Both the position numbers and the translations under genes were made by a program. Below are positions 48,645-61,010 of a DNA stretch of 64,000 nucleotides, in pieces (the stretch's first letter is position 1; each line of letters opens with the position of its first letter). The stretch is from positions 356 to 64,355 of the forward strand of contig CALKFY010000048.1 of the NCBI GenBank assembly GCA_938084925.1, given 5' to 3'. Source of the DNA: an uncultured Pseudomonadales bacterium (GTDB lineage Bacteria > Pseudomonadota > Gammaproteobacteria > Pseudomonadales > Balneatricaceae). The notes below the pieces were generated by a model that was not told the DNA's origin, searched no databases, and saw only the letters and a list, made by a program, of their open reading frames with translations.

Positions 48645-49766
48645 ATGCCCAAAACTGCCAAATACATCAGCCTATTTATCCTTTTAGGTGCTATAACCGG
48701 GCTCACCTTGGGCTGGGCAGGCAAAACCCAGATACAAGAGTGGCTACAGCAAGTGACATCGCCCCTTAATCAAGGTCGAGCAGGTACTGCTCACGGCTAT
48801 GCTGACACGGTAGAAAAAGTACTGCCCGCGGTAGTACGTATTTATCGTATCAGCATCGACACCAGCGCTAACTTGGCACTGCTTGAAGATCCACACTATC
48901 AACAATTTGTTGCCGGCGAGCTTGTTGCTGAGCAAGGCACTGCTGTAGGCTTGGGATCTGGCGTCATCATCAGCCAAGATGGACACATACTCACCAATCA
49001 CCACGTCATCGCCGGTGCCGATCGCCTAGAGGCCAACTTAAACGATGGGCGTACCGCTGAGGCCGAGGTCATTGGCATAGACCCCGAAACAGACCTAGCA
49101 CTACTAAAGATTGATTTGCCAGATTTACAGCCAGCCCTAATCCCACAACAAGACCAGAGCCGCCCTGGTGATATCGTGCTTGCCATAGGTAATCCTCACG
49201 GCTTAGGCACCTCTGTATCAATGGGTATCATTAGTGCCCTTGGCAGAAACCAACTAGGCTTAAACACCTTTGAAAACTTCATTCAAACGGATGCACCAAT
49301 CAACCAAGGCAACTCCGGTGGTGCCCTGATCAATAGTGCCGGTCAACTTATCGGCATCAACACAGCCACCAGCCATAACAGCCAAGGACTTTCCTTGGCG
49401 ATACCCATTAGCACAGCAAGCCAAGTTGCCAATAGCATCTTACAAAACGGCAAGGTTATCCGTGGCTGGCTAGGCGTTACAGCTGAATTAGTTAGCCAGC
49501 ACATGACAGGCACTTTGCAACAGCATGACGAACAAGAACAAATTGTTGTGACCGGTGTCTATGTGGGCAGCCCTGCCCACAAAGCGGGCCTACAACAAGG
49601 TGACGTTATCACTGGCTTTGACGGCCAGCCGGCCATCAAAGCGCGCGCTGCCATGGACTATGTTGCAGGACTAACGCCAGGCACTAGTTTAAATATAAAT
49701 TATCAACGCCAAGGTCAAGAGCACTCAGCTACAACCACCTTGGGCATTAGACCTATAAGCCAATAA
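48645..49766 (+). CDS. degS: HtrA family serine protease DegS/AlgW
   Basis: N-terminal anchor, TNHHV, DLALL, GNSGGAL, single PDZ domain. Confidence 0.88.
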   Translation: MPKTAKYISLFILLGAITGLTLGWAGKTQIQEWLQQVTSPLNQGRAGTAHGYADTVEKVLPAVVRIYRISIDTSANLALLEDPHYQQFVAGELVAEQGTAVGLGSGVIISQDGHILTNHHVIAGADRLEANLNDGRTAEAEVIGIDPETDLALLKIDLPDLQPALIPQQDQSRPGDIVLAIGNPHGLGTSVSMGIISALGRNQLGLNTFENFIQTDAPINQGNSGGALINSAGQLIGINTATSHNSQGLSLAIPISTASQVANSILQNGKVIRGWLGVTAELVSQHMTGTLQQHDEQEQIVVTGVYVGSPAHKAGLQQGDVITGFDGQPAIKARAAMDYVAGLTPGTSLNINYQRQGQEHSATTTLGIRPISQ

Positions 49767-49771
49767 TCACC

Positions 49772-50503
49772 ATGTCCGACAACAAACAAACAGATAAACT
49801 ATTTGCCACACCCATGAGCACAGCGCCATTTGAATTTAATGCTCAAGTAGCCGATGTGTTTGACAATATGATCCAGCGCTCCGTACCTGGCTACGGTTTT
49901 TTAATGGATGTCATTGGCGTGGTAGCCCAACGCTACGGCCAAGAAGACAGCCAATGCTACGATCTTGGCAGCTCCTTAGGCACAGCCACACTACGCTTGC
50001 GTCAGAATCTACCCGCTAGTTGTCATGTTATTGGCGTAGACAATTCCGCCGCCATGGTAAGCCGCTGCCAGCACAATATGGCCCGTGATAACAGCCAAGC
50101 TAGCTATGAGATTCGCCAACAAAACATTCAAGACACAGAAATAAGCAACGCCTCCATTGTCATCTTAAACTTCACTTTACAGTTTATTGAAGACCAACAG
50201 CGCCAAGCGATTCTCAATGATATTAGCGCGGGCATAAAACCCGGTGGTGTATTGTTATTAGCCGAGAAAATTCGTTTCGACAATGAGCAACAACAAGACC
50301 TACAGGTAGACTTGTACCATGACTTTAAACGCTTCCAAGGCTACAGTGATCTAGAAGTAGCACAAAAACGTGCCGCCCTGGAAAATGTATTAGTCCCCAA
50401 CACCTTGGAACAACATCGCCAACGCTTACAAGAGGCAGGCTTTAAGCAAATTGAAGTTTGCATGCAGTGTTTTAACTTCTGTGCCCTACTAGCTTTCAAA
50501 TAA
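49772..50503 (+). CDS. cmoA: Carboxy-S-adenosyl-L-methionine synthase
   Basis: VFDNMIQRSVPGY, YDLGSSLG, NFTLQF, QKRAALENV. Confidence 0.96.
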   Translation: MSDNKQTDKLFATPMSTAPFEFNAQVADVFDNMIQRSVPGYGFLMDVIGVVAQRYGQEDSQCYDLGSSLGTATLRLRQNLPASCHVIGVDNSAAMVSRCQHNMARDNSQASYEIRQQNIQDTEISNASIVILNFTLQFIEDQQRQAILNDISAGIKPGGVLLLAEKIRFDNEQQQDLQVDLYHDFKRFQGYSDLEVAQKRAALENVLVPNTLEQHRQRLQEAGFKQIEVCMQCFNFCALLAFK

Positions 50504-50553
50504 GCATATTTGACCTTCCACTTTCTCCCATTATTAAATTCTGGCATTAGTTC

Positions 50554-51534
50554 ATGACCATTTCCCTCGACGCATTTTTTCAAGCTACCGTAGATACCGA
50601 CCTCGTTGATCATCACGAGGCGCTACAAGGCGCGCTGCAAGAACATTACTATGACAAGGCCCACGGTCGTACCGAAGAATGGGACCAAGCCTTGGCGGCT
50701 CTACCAGAACTAACACTAGACAATGTCGACTTTACGGAGCAACGCGTCACCCTGCCTTTGCCAGAAAATTTGCCGACAGATGAGCAGCTTGACCAGACCC
50801 AGCTAAAAGACAATCTCATGGCATTCAAGCCTTGGCGCAAAGGGCCGTGGCATTATTTGGGTATCGACATTGATACGGAATGGCGTTCGGATTGGAAATG
50901 GCAACGTATCTTGCCTCATGTGAGCAATCTTAAAGGCCGCAATGTTTTGGATATAGGCACAGGCAACGGTTATTTCTTGTACCAGATGCTAGGCGCTGGC
51001 GCCAATATGGCTATCGGTATCGATCCAACACGTATCTTTTTATATCAGTTCCATGCGGCTCAGCGTTTGTTACCAGCCAATGGCGCACATCTATTGCCGC
51101 TACGCAGCGAACACCTGCCAGCCTTTGGTTGTTTTGATACTGTATTTTGCCTAGGTGTGCTTTATCACCGCCGCTCCCCCATTGATCACTTACGTGAGCT
51201 CATGAGCTATCTACGGCCCGGCGGCGAGCTTGTCTTGGAAACTATTGTCGTACCTGGCGATGAGTACACTATTCTGGTACCCGAAGATCGTTACGCGAAG
51301 ATGGCGAACGTGTGGTTTTTACCTTCCACTGCGGCCCTAGAGAACCTGCTACGCCGTGCCGGCTTCAAGGATGTGCGTACGGTTGATGTGAATATGACCA
51401 GCCTTGATGAGCAGCAAGCTACGGAATGGATGACCTTCCATTCCCTGGAACAATTCCTAGACCCAGAAAACCCCGAGCTCACAGCTGAAGGCTATCCTGC
51501 ACCGAGGCGTGCTACCTTGATCGCTACTCGCTAG
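50554..51534 (+). CDS. cmoB: tRNA U34 carboxymethyltransferase
   Basis: PWRKGP, IDTEWRSDWKW, GVLYHRRSP, RYAKM, EGYPAP. Confidence 0.97.
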   Translation: MTISLDAFFQATVDTDLVDHHEALQGALQEHYYDKAHGRTEEWDQALAALPELTLDNVDFTEQRVTLPLPENLPTDEQLDQTQLKDNLMAFKPWRKGPWHYLGIDIDTEWRSDWKWQRILPHVSNLKGRNVLDIGTGNGYFLYQMLGAGANMAIGIDPTRIFLYQFHAAQRLLPANGAHLLPLRSEHLPAFGCFDTVFCLGVLYHRRSPIDHLRELMSYLRPGGELVLETIVVPGDEYTILVPEDRYAKMANVWFLPSTAALENLLRRAGFKDVRTVDVNMTSLDEQQATEWMTFHSLEQFLDPENPELTAEGYPAPRRATLIATR

Positions 51535-51638
51535 TCCTAACTGAGCACCGTGGCACCACAGGCTGATATTTGTGCATGTCGCACCGGTGATAATTCGCTC
51601 GCAGCCCAACGACGGGGCCACGAACTAAAGAAGAACTA

Positions 51639-52946
51639 CTAGTCTTCGAGGATGCGGTATTCTGCAGAGCGGGCGTGGGCGTCTAGGCCTTCGCCGCGGG
51701 CTAATACAGAGGCTACCTTACCCATTTCACTGGCACCTTCTGGGGAGAACATAATTAGCGAAGAACGCTTCTGGAAATCATACACACCTAGCGGTGAAGA
51801 GAAACGTGCGGTACCTGAGGTAGGTAGTACGTGGTTAGGACCAGCACAGTAATCACCCAAGGCTTCTGCTGTGTGACGCCCCATAAAGATAGCGCCAGCA
51901 TGGCGAATCTTAGGCAACATGGCTTCTGGATCTTCTACGGATAATTCCAAGTGTTCTGGAGCAATACGGTTAGCAATTTCTACCGCTTGTTCCATGTCCT
52001 TTACCTTGATCAAAGCACCACGATTTTGCAAAGAAGTCTGCGCAATTTCTTGACGATCAATAGTCGGCAACAAACGCTGCAAGGCGGCTTCAACTTCGTC
52101 TAGGTAGCCTTCATCAGGGCAAAGCAAAATAGACTGTGCTTGCTCATCATGCTCAGCCTGAGAGAACAAGTCCATAGCTACCCAGTCAGGATCGGTCTTG
52201 CCATCACAGACAACCAAAATTTCTGATGGGCCAGCAATCATGTCGATACCACACACGCCAAACACGGCACGCTTGGCAGTCGCTACATAAATATTGCCTG
52301 GACCAACGATCTTATCTACTTTAGGTACCAATGCTGTACCGTAGGCCATAGCAGCAATGGCTTGAGCACCACCAATGGCAAACACACGATCCACGCCCGC
52401 CACTGCAGCAGCAGCCAACACCAGAGGGTTCACTTGACCATTAGGCATTGGCACTGACATGACAACTTCGCCTACACCCGCCACCTTGGCAGGAATAGCA
52501 TTCATCAGCACAGAAGAAGGGTAGCTTGCTTTGCCGCCAGGCACATAGATACCTACGCGATCCATAGGAGTCACCTTCTGGCCCAACAAAGTGCCATCGG
52601 CTTCCATATAACGCCAAGAATCCTGCTTTTGTTTTTCGTGATACTGACGCACACGCTCTGCAGCAATCAACAACGCATCGCGCTTTTCGTCTGACAAACC
52701 ATCTAAGGCTTCTTGTAGCTTTTGCTTAGGTACTTCTAGATTGGCCACGCTCTTGAAGTTAGCGCGGTCTAGCTGCTTGGTAAGCTGCAACAAGGCCGTG
52801 TCACCCTGCTGCTTAATACGTTCGATAATATCATTAACGGTTTGCTGTACACGGGGATCAGATACACTTTCCCAGGCTAGCAAGGCATCCATACGGGTAT
52901 TGAAATCGATGCTCGAGGCATCTAAACGATTTACTTTTAAGCGCAT
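51639..52946 (-). CDS. hisD: Histidinol dehydrogenase
   Basis: [34 protein letters not shown]. Confidence 0.98.
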   Translation of the reverse strand: MRLKVNRLDASSIDFNTRMDALLAWESVSDPRVQQTVNDIIERIKQQGDTALLQLTKQLDRANFKSVANLEVPKQKLQEALDGLSDEKRDALLIAAERVRQYHEKQKQDSWRYMEADGTLLGQKVTPMDRVGIYVPGGKASYPSSVLMNAIPAKVAGVGEVVMSVPMPNGQVNPLVLAAAAVAGVDRVFAIGGAQAIAAMAYGTALVPKVDKIVGPGNIYVATAKRAVFGVCGIDMIAGPSEILVVCDGKTDPDWVAMDLFSQAEHDEQAQSILLCPDEGYLDEVEAALQRLLPTIDRQEIAQTSLQNRGALIKVKDMEQAVEIANRIAPEHLELSVEDPEAMLPKIRHAGAIFMGRHTAEALGDYCAGPNHVLPTSGTARFSSPLGVYDFQKRSSLIMFSPEGASEMGKVASVLARGEGLDAHARSAEYRILED

Positions 52947-52949
52947 GAA

Positions 52950-53594
52950 TTAAGCCTCCTGCTTAGCAGCAACGGCCTTCGCCAATAGCTCAACGATAGG
53001 GCTAATACGCGCATGCTTAAGCTTCATGGATGCCTCGCCAACTACCAAGCGACTACTAATATTAGCAATTTCTTCTAGCGGTTCTAAGCCATTAGCACGC
53101 AAGGTATTGCCGGTGTCGACAATATCTACGATCTGATCAGCCAAACCCAAGATAGGTGCCAACTCCATAGCACCGTAGAGCTTAATAATATCTACTTGCT
53201 GACCTTGCTCGGCGTAGTATTGCTTAGTGAGGTTCACAAATTTGGAAGCAACACGTAAACGACGGCCCGCAGGCTTCGCACCCACTGGTGCACAGGTCAT
53301 TAAACGACACTTAGAAATTTGTAAATCCAAAGGTTCATACAAACCCGCACCACCGTGCTCCATCAATACGTCTTTACCCGCCACACCCATATCGGCAGCG
53401 CCGTAGGCAACATAAGTAGGTACGTCAGTGGCACGAATAACAAGCAAGCGCACATCTGGCTGGTTTGTTTCAAACACTAGCTTGCGGCTAGTATAGATAT
53501 CTTCGGTTGGCTCGATTCCCGCCGCTGCAAAAAGTGGCAGGGTCTCTTTCAAAATACGGCCCTTAGATAGGGCTATGGTCAAACGATTAGGCAT
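52950..53594 (-). CDS. hisG: ATP phosphoribosyltransferase, short form (needs HisZ)
   Basis: [30 protein letters not shown]; 214 aa, no regulatory domain. Confidence 0.97.
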   Translation of the reverse strand: MPNRLTIALSKGRILKETLPLFAAAGIEPTEDIYTSRKLVFETNQPDVRLLVIRATDVPTYVAYGAADMGVAGKDVLMEHGGAGLYEPLDLQISKCRLMTCAPVGAKPAGRRLRVASKFVNLTKQYYAEQGQQVDIIKLYGAMELAPILGLADQIVDIVDTGNTLRANGLEPLEEIANISSRLVVGEASMKLKHARISPIVELLAKAVAAKQEA

Positions 53595-53609
53595 GGCCTT
53601 AATGGTTTC

Positions 53610-54896
<1,287 letters not shown>

Positions 54897-54909
54897 CTAG
54901 ATTATTGGT

Positions 54910-55152
54910 TCAGCCGTTTACTTTGGCCCACTGGTCTGGAGTATAAGCTTTAATGGTCAAAGCATGAATGCTGCCATCGGCAATGTGTTGATTCAAACAC
55001 CCATAGACTAACTGCTGTTTCTTAACGGGTGTCAGACCGGCAAAGACTTCACCAACTACAGTCACGGCAAAGTTACAGCCTTCACCGCTAGGAAAGACTT
55101 CTGAACCTGTCAGTTGCGCTTCAATTTCTTGCTTGACTTGTGCTGCGTCCAT
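54910..55152 (-). CDS. ibaG: BolA/IbaG family protein
   Basis: VKKQQLVY, IHAL, TPDQW; directly upstream of murA. Confidence 0.92.
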   Translation of the reverse strand: MDAAQVKQEIEAQLTGSEVFPSGEGCNFAVTVVGEVFAGLTPVKKQQLVYGCLNQHIADGSIHALTIKAYTPDQWAKVNG

Positions 55153-55219
55153 AAACCAGTTCTCTACAAAATATTCGTATTGTTAACAGTTGCCACAATA
55201 CAGTTAAAACAAAAGCAAA

Positions 55220-55228
55220 ATTATAGCA
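55220..55228 (-). promoter_or_regulatory. Extended -10 element for ibaG-murA-hisGD
   Basis: TGCTATAAT in the 130-bp mlaC-ibaG gap. Confidence 0.5.
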
Positions 55229-55282
55229 AAAGAATGGCATTTTCGACTAGTTAAAGAAGCTATTCTTTAAGTAAACATGCAA

Positions 55283-55897
55283 TTAGCTAGAGCCTAGGTT
55301 CCAATCGGCGATTACTGCATCCATATCGTTACCGTTCTTGCTCATTGCCGTAGCAAACTGATTGCGGAAAGCTAAACCTAAATTCACCCCGTCCAATACC
55401 ACATTAGTCACCATCCACTGACCACTCTTTGCGGACATAGTGTAGTGGATATCATAAACGTTATTACTCGCATAAACTTTCACCCAAATTTTTTCACGTA
55501 ACTCACGAGTGTCAACACCTGGATTCTTTTGTAATTTGAATGAATCAATTTCAAACGTCACTACGGCTTTAGCGTACGTCTTAATCAATGATTCATGAAA
55601 TACAGTAACAAAAGTATCAAATTGTGCGGGCTTAGCACGACGGTAATACTTTGCCATTACGCCTTTCGCTATGGTGCGGAAATCCACCACCGGCGCCAAC
55701 ACAAGATCTATCGCTGGCGTCACCTCAGCAACTGTTTGTTTCTTGTTACTGACCAACAAAGACAACATATCATCAGTGGTACTTACCACGACGGCACTAG
55801 CTTCTTGCCATTCATCAGCTTGAACAGGCACCACCACACCAAACAAGCCAATCACGGCACCCAACAACCAATTGCGCACAACCACTCTCTTTGTCAT
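55283..55897 (-). CDS. mlaC: Phospholipid-binding protein MlaC/Ttg2D
   Basis: Signal peptide, PVVDF, LIKTY, GVNLGLAFRNQF. Confidence 0.9.
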   Translation of the reverse strand: MTKRVVVRNWLLGAVIGLFGVVVPVQADEWQEASAVVVSTTDDMLSLLVSNKKQTVAEVTPAIDLVLAPVVDFRTIAKGVMAKYYRRAKPAQFDTFVTVFHESLIKTYAKAVVTFEIDSFKLQKNPGVDTRELREKIWVKVYASNNVYDIHYTMSAKSGQWMVTNVVLDGVNLGLAFRNQFATAMSKNGNDMDAVIADWNLGSS

Positions 55898-55901
55898 CAC
55901 T

Positions 55902-56363
55902 TTAATCACCACCTAAATTCAACAACACTTGACCTATTAGTTCCTCTAACACCAGAGCCGATTGCGTATCTTCAATCATGTCGCCGTCAGCCAATACCTC
56001 TTCTTCAGCACCAATACTTAAGCCAACATACTTCTCACCCAACAAACCAGCAGTCAAAATGCTCGCACTGCTATCCAAGGTAAGGTAATCCACAGCACTA
56101 TCAATGCTCATATCGACCCTGGCCATCAACGTTTGTTTATCGATACTTACTTGATCTACCTCACCTATTGTAACACCAGCTAAAGTCACTCTGGCTTTGG
56201 CGGACAAACCCGCAGCGTTATCAAACAAAGCTGTCAGCCGGTACTGTCCAGAGGCTCCACCAAGGTGACTACCACTAACCTGTAATGCAAGTACCAGTAA
56301 TGCAGCTATACCAGCGACCAACAAGCCACCCACACTAATTTCTAGCCACTTCTTTGCCATCAC
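55902..56363 (-). CDS. mlaD: MCE-domain protein MlaD
   Basis: FDNAAGL, GVTIGEV, TAGLLGEKY, TQSALVLEELIG. Confidence 0.95.
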   Translation of the reverse strand: MMAKKWLEISVGGLLVAGIAALLVLALQVSGSHLGGASGQYRLTALFDNAAGLSAKARVTLAGVTIGEVDQVSIDKQTLMARVDMSIDSAVDYLTLDSSASILTAGLLGEKYVGLSIGAEEEVLADGDMIEDTQSALVLEELIGQVLLNLGGD

Positions 56364-57142
56364 AGACCTCCAAACATTAACGCCGTCAAAATAAAATCAA
56401 AACCCAATATCATCAAGGAGGAATAAACCACCGTACGTGTGGTGGCCTCACTTATGCCTTGCGAAGTTGGTACGCAGGTATAGCCTTGATAGAGCGCGGT
56501 CCAAGTAACTAACGTTGCAAAAACCAACGCCTTTATCAAACCATTCATCACATCATCCGAAAAATCCACGGCCGCCTGCATGTTGCCCCAATAAGCCCCA
56601 CTATGCACACCCAACCACTCTACCGCGACCAAGTGACCACCATAAACGCCAACCAAATTAAAGATGATGACCAATATAGGTAGAGAAATTAAGCCTGCAA
56701 TAAAGCGCGGCGCCACTATGCGATGCAAAGGGTCAACACCAAACATCTCTAAACTAGCTAACTGCTCCGTCGCTTTCATCAGCCCTAACTCAGCCGTCAA
56801 AGCGGAACCAGCACGACCAGCAAACAGCAAAGCTGCGACCACGGGAGCCAACTCACGCACCAAGGTCAAGGCCACCATTTGCCCAACGGCCTGTTCGGAG
56901 CCATAGTCTACTAACAAGGTGTATCCTTGCAAACCTAACACCATGCCGATAAATCCAGCTGACACAAATATAATGATAAAGGACTGCACTCCCACCACAT
57001 ACAATTGCTGAGTCAGACGCTGCCAGCCTCTTGGCCCAGGCAAAACCAAGAGCGACTGTAACAACATCACTAAGGCTGCACCAAGGCTCGACAAGCGCAA
57101 AAGCACACGTGAACCTAATTTCTGTAACCAATTAAACATCAT
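56360..57142 (-). CDS. mlaE: Permease MlaE
   Basis: RELAPV, AGRAGSALTAELGLMK, ATTRTVV. Confidence 0.96.
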   Translation of the reverse strand: MMFNWLQKLGSRVLLRLSSLGAALVMLLQSLLVLPGPRGWQRLTQQLYVVGVQSFIIIFVSAGFIGMVLGLQGYTLLVDYGSEQAVGQMVALTLVRELAPVVAALLFAGRAGSALTAELGLMKATEQLASLEMFGVDPLHRIVAPRFIAGLISLPILVIIFNLVGVYGGHLVAVEWLGVHSGAYWGNMQAAVDFSDDVMNGLIKALVFATLVTWTALYQGYTCVPTSQGISEATTRTVVYSSLMILGFDFILTALMFGGL

Positions 57143-57143
57143 A

Positions 57144-57998
57144 TTAGTTCAGCTCCACCGCCTCTACCACACCACTAGACCGAGCCTGGTTACGCCCAGA
57201 CTCGGTGCGCAACTCTGTCATTAAATCTGGTGCCGGAAAGTGAAAAGGAATAGCACCATCAGCATGACCATGCATAAACTGGCGCACCATAGGATCGTTA
57301 CTATTTAACAGTTCTTCGGGAGCCCCTTGAGCCAACAAATTACCCCGGCCTAGCAAAATGACTTCATCAGCGATTGCACAAGCCTCAGCAACGTCGTGAG
57401 ACACAAGCACACTGGTAAGTTGCATCTGGTCATTCAAGGCCCGAATTAGACGCTGTAAAACTGCCATCGCAATAGGATCTTGGCCAGCAAAAGGTTCATC
57501 ATAGAGAATAAGTTCCGGCCCCATGGCAATGGCACGTGCCAAAGCAACACGTCGAGACATACCACCAGAAAGTTCCGACGGCATTAGATGGCGAGCACCA
57601 CGTAAACCTACGGCCTCAAGTTGTAGAAGCACTTGATCGCGCAGTTCATCTTCGGATAAAGAACTGTGCTCACGCAGTGGAAAGGCAACGTTTTCAAATA
57701 CGTCCAAATCCGTAAACAAGGCACCACTTTGAAACAACACCCCCATGCGCGAGCGTAAGCTGGTCAAGCGATCACGGCTCAACTTAGATAGATCTTCATC
57801 AAAAACACACACCTGACCTTGAGCAGGCTGTAACTGGCCACCAATCAAACGCAACAAGGTAGTTTTACCACAACCACTAGGCCCCATTATCGCTGTCACG
57901 CGACCACGTCGTATACTTATATTAAGCTTGTCGAAAATCAGACGCTCTGCACGCGCAAAACTTAAGTCTCTGACTTCAATCAAATTTGTCTGGGACAT
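57144..57998 (-). CDS. mlaF: ABC ATPase MlaF
   Basis: GPSGCGKTT, LSGGMSRR, YDEPFAGQDP. Confidence 0.95.
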   Translation of the reverse strand: MSQTNLIEVRDLSFARAERLIFDKLNISIRRGRVTAIMGPSGCGKTTLLRLIGGQLQPAQGQVCVFDEDLSKLSRDRLTSLRSRMGVLFQSGALFTDLDVFENVAFPLREHSSLSEDELRDQVLLQLEAVGLRGARHLMPSELSGGMSRRVALARAIAMGPELILYDEPFAGQDPIAMAVLQRLIRALNDQMQLTSVLVSHDVAEACAIADEVILLGRGNLLAQGAPEELLNSNDPMVRQFMHGHADGAIPFHFPAPDLMTELRTESGRNQARSSGVVEAVELN

Positions 57999-58171
57999 TC
58001 CATTCTTTCCATTGATCTAACTTGAAATTACCCTAACCAACTCTCGAGTCAACCTAGGCCACGATGCAAATCTACATCGCGATAACAGTCAGACAGCAAA
58101 ACATCGCCTAAGTTTAGCATTAATGGCTGCGCCTGTGGTATTCTTGCGGCCCTTTCGAAACTGATAATTCA

Positions 58172-59119
58172 TTGTTTATGCTTGTTGCCACTCTCGCCGT
58201 ATTTTTGGGTCTAGGTTTACTAATCTGGAGTGCCGATCGTTTTGTCGATGGTGCTGCAGCTACGGCCAACCACCTCGGCATGTCCCCCATGCTAATCGGT
58301 TTGACCGTCGTTGCTTTTGGCACTTCCGCTCCCGAGATTTTGGTTTCGGCTATTGCCGCTTGGAATCAAGCACCAGGCCTTGCCGTCGGTAACGCTATCG
58401 GCTCTAACATTGCCAATATCGCACTAGTTTTAGGCGCTACAGCATTAATCGCCCCATTACCCATTCGCGGTTCACTAGTTCGCACCGAGTTACCGATACT
58501 CACCGTTGCCACCATCGGTGCGGGTGTTTTATTGCTAGACCAATATTTAGGTTTCATGGATGGTGTATTGCTGCTAGCAGGCCTTGTTGTATCACTCTAT
58601 CTATTTAAACGCTACCAAGACCAACACAAAAACCGTCCAACTCAAGAAATTCCGGCAATGAGTCTAGGCCGTAGTATTTTTTGGCTGATACTAGGTTTAC
58701 TTATTTTAGGGGCTGGTTCACGCATCCTAGTATGGGGAGCTACAGACATTGCCATTAGCTTAGGTGTCAGTGATCTTATTATCGGCCTTACCATCGTAGC
58801 CATTGGCACCAGCCTACCGGAGTTAGCTGCTTCCATTGCTAGTGCCCGTAAAGGCCAGCACGCGATGGCCATTGGTAACATTATAGGTTCTAATATATTC
58901 AACTTGCTGGCAGTAATGGCATTACCTGGTCTGATATTCCCTGCCGAAATTGCTGCCGGTGCACTATGGCGTGATTACGGCCTCATGCTAGTCCTTACCT
59001 TAATTCTATTTGGGCTTGGCTTTCGCGCGCGCCGTGGTGGTGAAATTAACCGCACCATGGGTTTCATGCTGCTATTGATATACACTTTATACATGTTCGT
59101 ACTCTACTTAAGCGCGTAA
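58172..59119 (+). CDS. yrbG: Calcium/sodium antiporter YrbG
   Basis: Alpha repeats GTSAPE / GTSLPE, GNAIGSN / GNIIGSN. Confidence 0.94.
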   Translation: MFMLVATLAVFLGLGLLIWSADRFVDGAAATANHLGMSPMLIGLTVVAFGTSAPEILVSAIAAWNQAPGLAVGNAIGSNIANIALVLGATALIAPLPIRGSLVRTELPILTVATIGAGVLLLDQYLGFMDGVLLLAGLVVSLYLFKRYQDQHKNRPTQEIPAMSLGRSIFWLILGLLILGAGSRILVWGATDIAISLGVSDLIIGLTIVAIGTSLPELAASIASARKGQHAMAIGNIIGSNIFNLLAVMALPGLIFPAEIAAGALWRDYGLMLVLTLILFGLGFRARRGGEINRTMGFMLLLIYTLYMFVLYLSA

Positions 59120-59165
59120 GCTAAAACGCTCAGCCAATAGGCCAAAATACACTAGGATCCGCTAC

Positions 59166-59738
59166 ATGATCGCCAGGTTTAATCTGAAATGGTTATTTAT
59201 CAATTTACTAGCATTATTATTGCTACTAGTGGGACTATCCTTTTGGCAACAACAAGTAGAACAAGCAGCTAGCGAACAAAAAAAAACCTACACCCCCGAT
59301 TACTTCATGCTGGACGCTACTAGTATGCAATATGATCATGCTGGCCTCATGAGTAGCCAGATTAGTGGCCAACACTTCGCTCATATTAACGAATTTTCTG
59401 CCACGGATATCAAAGCTCCCCGCTTTCAGTTTTTCCGTACTAACAATTCGCCTTGGTTTGGCCGTGCCGATACCGCAACAGTGATTGATTCTGGAGCCCA
59501 AATAGCCTTGGATAAAAAGGTCTTCATTACCAACGGCCCGGCCCGAGAAAACCCAATGAGCCTAATAACCGAAAGTCTTAGAATCCTACCTAATCAAAAC
59601 TTGCTTACAGGCAGCGAACAGGTCACTATTCAAGGTAGACAAAGCCAGCTGCAAGCCAATGGCATTAAATTACAAATGGACACGCAGGTGCTTACTTTAT
59701 TGCGTCAAGTGCGTGGCACAATCCAACCAGGAAACTAG
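59166..59738 (+). CDS. lptC: LPS export protein LptC
   Basis: N-terminal TM helix, PDYFM, beta-rich body ending VRG; upstream of lptA. Confidence 0.85.
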   Translation: MIARFNLKWLFINLLALLLLLVGLSFWQQQVEQAASEQKKTYTPDYFMLDATSMQYDHAGLMSSQISGQHFAHINEFSATDIKAPRFQFFRTNNSPWFGRADTATVIDSGAQIALDKKVFITNGPARENPMSLITESLRILPNQNLLTGSEQVTIQGRQSQLQANGIKLQMDTQVLTLLRQVRGTIQPGN

Positions 59739-59742
59739 CTTT

Positions 59743-60255
59743 ATGTGGAAACCAAAATTGTTACCTAATTTATTGTTAGCTAGCCTACTTACCCTAACTG
59801 GGTCGGTACAGGCCTTAGATAGCGATCGCAAGCAACCGATAAGCTTAGAAGCTGACTCTGCGGTTATGGATGAAGCAAAAGGACATTATGTATACTCTGG
59901 CAACGTTATCGTTACTCAAGGTTCCATGATCATTTCTGCCAACAGTGTCGAAATTATAATGGACGCCAATGACAACATTGATCGTTTTCACGCCATTGGC
60001 AACGCCGACAGCCAAGCGCATTTGCAGCAATCCGCACAGAGTGACCAAAGCAAGCTAGAGGCTTGGGCTGACGATCTTGTATATGAAGTTATAAAAGATG
60101 TTATTACACTTACGGGCCATGCGGCACTACACCAGAAAGGCAATCAATTTAGCGGCGACACCATCTACTATTCCGTAGCAGATGAAAAGGTAAAGGCGAA
60201 TGCCAAACCAAATACTAAGCAACGCGTTAAAATGATATTTAACCCGGGCAGCTAG
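59743..60255 (+). CDS. lptA: LPS transport periplasmic protein LptA
   Basis: Signal peptide then [29 protein letters not shown]; ATG at 59743. Confidence 0.92.
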   Translation: MWKPKLLPNLLLASLLTLTGSVQALDSDRKQPISLEADSAVMDEAKGHYVYSGNVIVTQGSMIISANSVEIIMDANDNIDRFHAIGNADSQAHLQQSAQSDQSKLEAWADDLVYEVIKDVITLTGHAALHQKGNQFSGDTIYYSVADEKVKANAKPNTKQRVKMIFNPGS

Positions 60256-60259
60256 CAAC

Positions 60260-60985
60260 ATGTCACTTCTTGAAGCACAAAACTTAGCCAAAAGTTACAG
60301 CCAACGGGCCATTGTAAAAGACGTTAACATTAGCGTTAGATCTGGTCAGGTAGTCGGCCTACTCGGGCCTAATGGCGCAGGCAAAACCACCTGTTTCTAT
60401 ATGATTGTAGGGCTCGTGCAAGCCGACAAGGGCCGAGTGTACATTGATCAAAAAGATATTTCCAAGCTACCCATGCATGGACGAGCCAAGGCAGGCATCG
60501 GCTATTTACCCCAAGAAGCTTCCGTATTCCGCAAGTTAAGCGTAGCTGACAATATCATGGCAATCTTACAAACTCGCAAAGAACTGGATAAGGCTAGCCG
60601 CAACGATAAATTAGAAAGCCTACTTAACGAATTTAATATTCAGCATATTCGCAACAGCTTAGGCATGAGTCTGTCGGGTGGTGAGCGACGACGGGTAGAA
60701 ATAGCCCGAGCTCTGGCTAGCGATCCACACTTCGTCCTCTTGGATGAACCCTTCGCAGGTGTAGACCCTATCTCCGTAGGCGATATTAAACAAGTTATTA
60801 ATCATTTAAGTGACAAAGGCATTGGTGTACTCATAACCGATCACAACGTCCGTGAAACCCTCGACATATGTGACATTGCCTACATTGTTAGTGAAGGATA
60901 TATACTTGCAGCTGGCACTAGCAGTGAGATTTTAGCCAACCAGCAAGTAAAAGATGTATACTTGGGCGATAACTTCAGCCTGTAG
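60260..60985 (+). CDS. lptB: LPS export ATPase LptB
   Basis: [44 protein letters not shown]. Confidence 0.98.
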   Translation: MSLLEAQNLAKSYSQRAIVKDVNISVRSGQVVGLLGPNGAGKTTCFYMIVGLVQADKGRVYIDQKDISKLPMHGRAKAGIGYLPQEASVFRKLSVADNIMAILQTRKELDKASRNDKLESLLNEFNIQHIRNSLGMSLSGGERRRVEIARALASDPHFVLLDEPFAGVDPISVGDIKQVINHLSDKGIGVLITDHNVRETLDICDIAYIVSEGYILAAGTSSEILANQQVKDVYLGDNFSL

Positions 60986-61010
60986 CCATTCAAGAGTTAA
61001 AACCTTAGCC

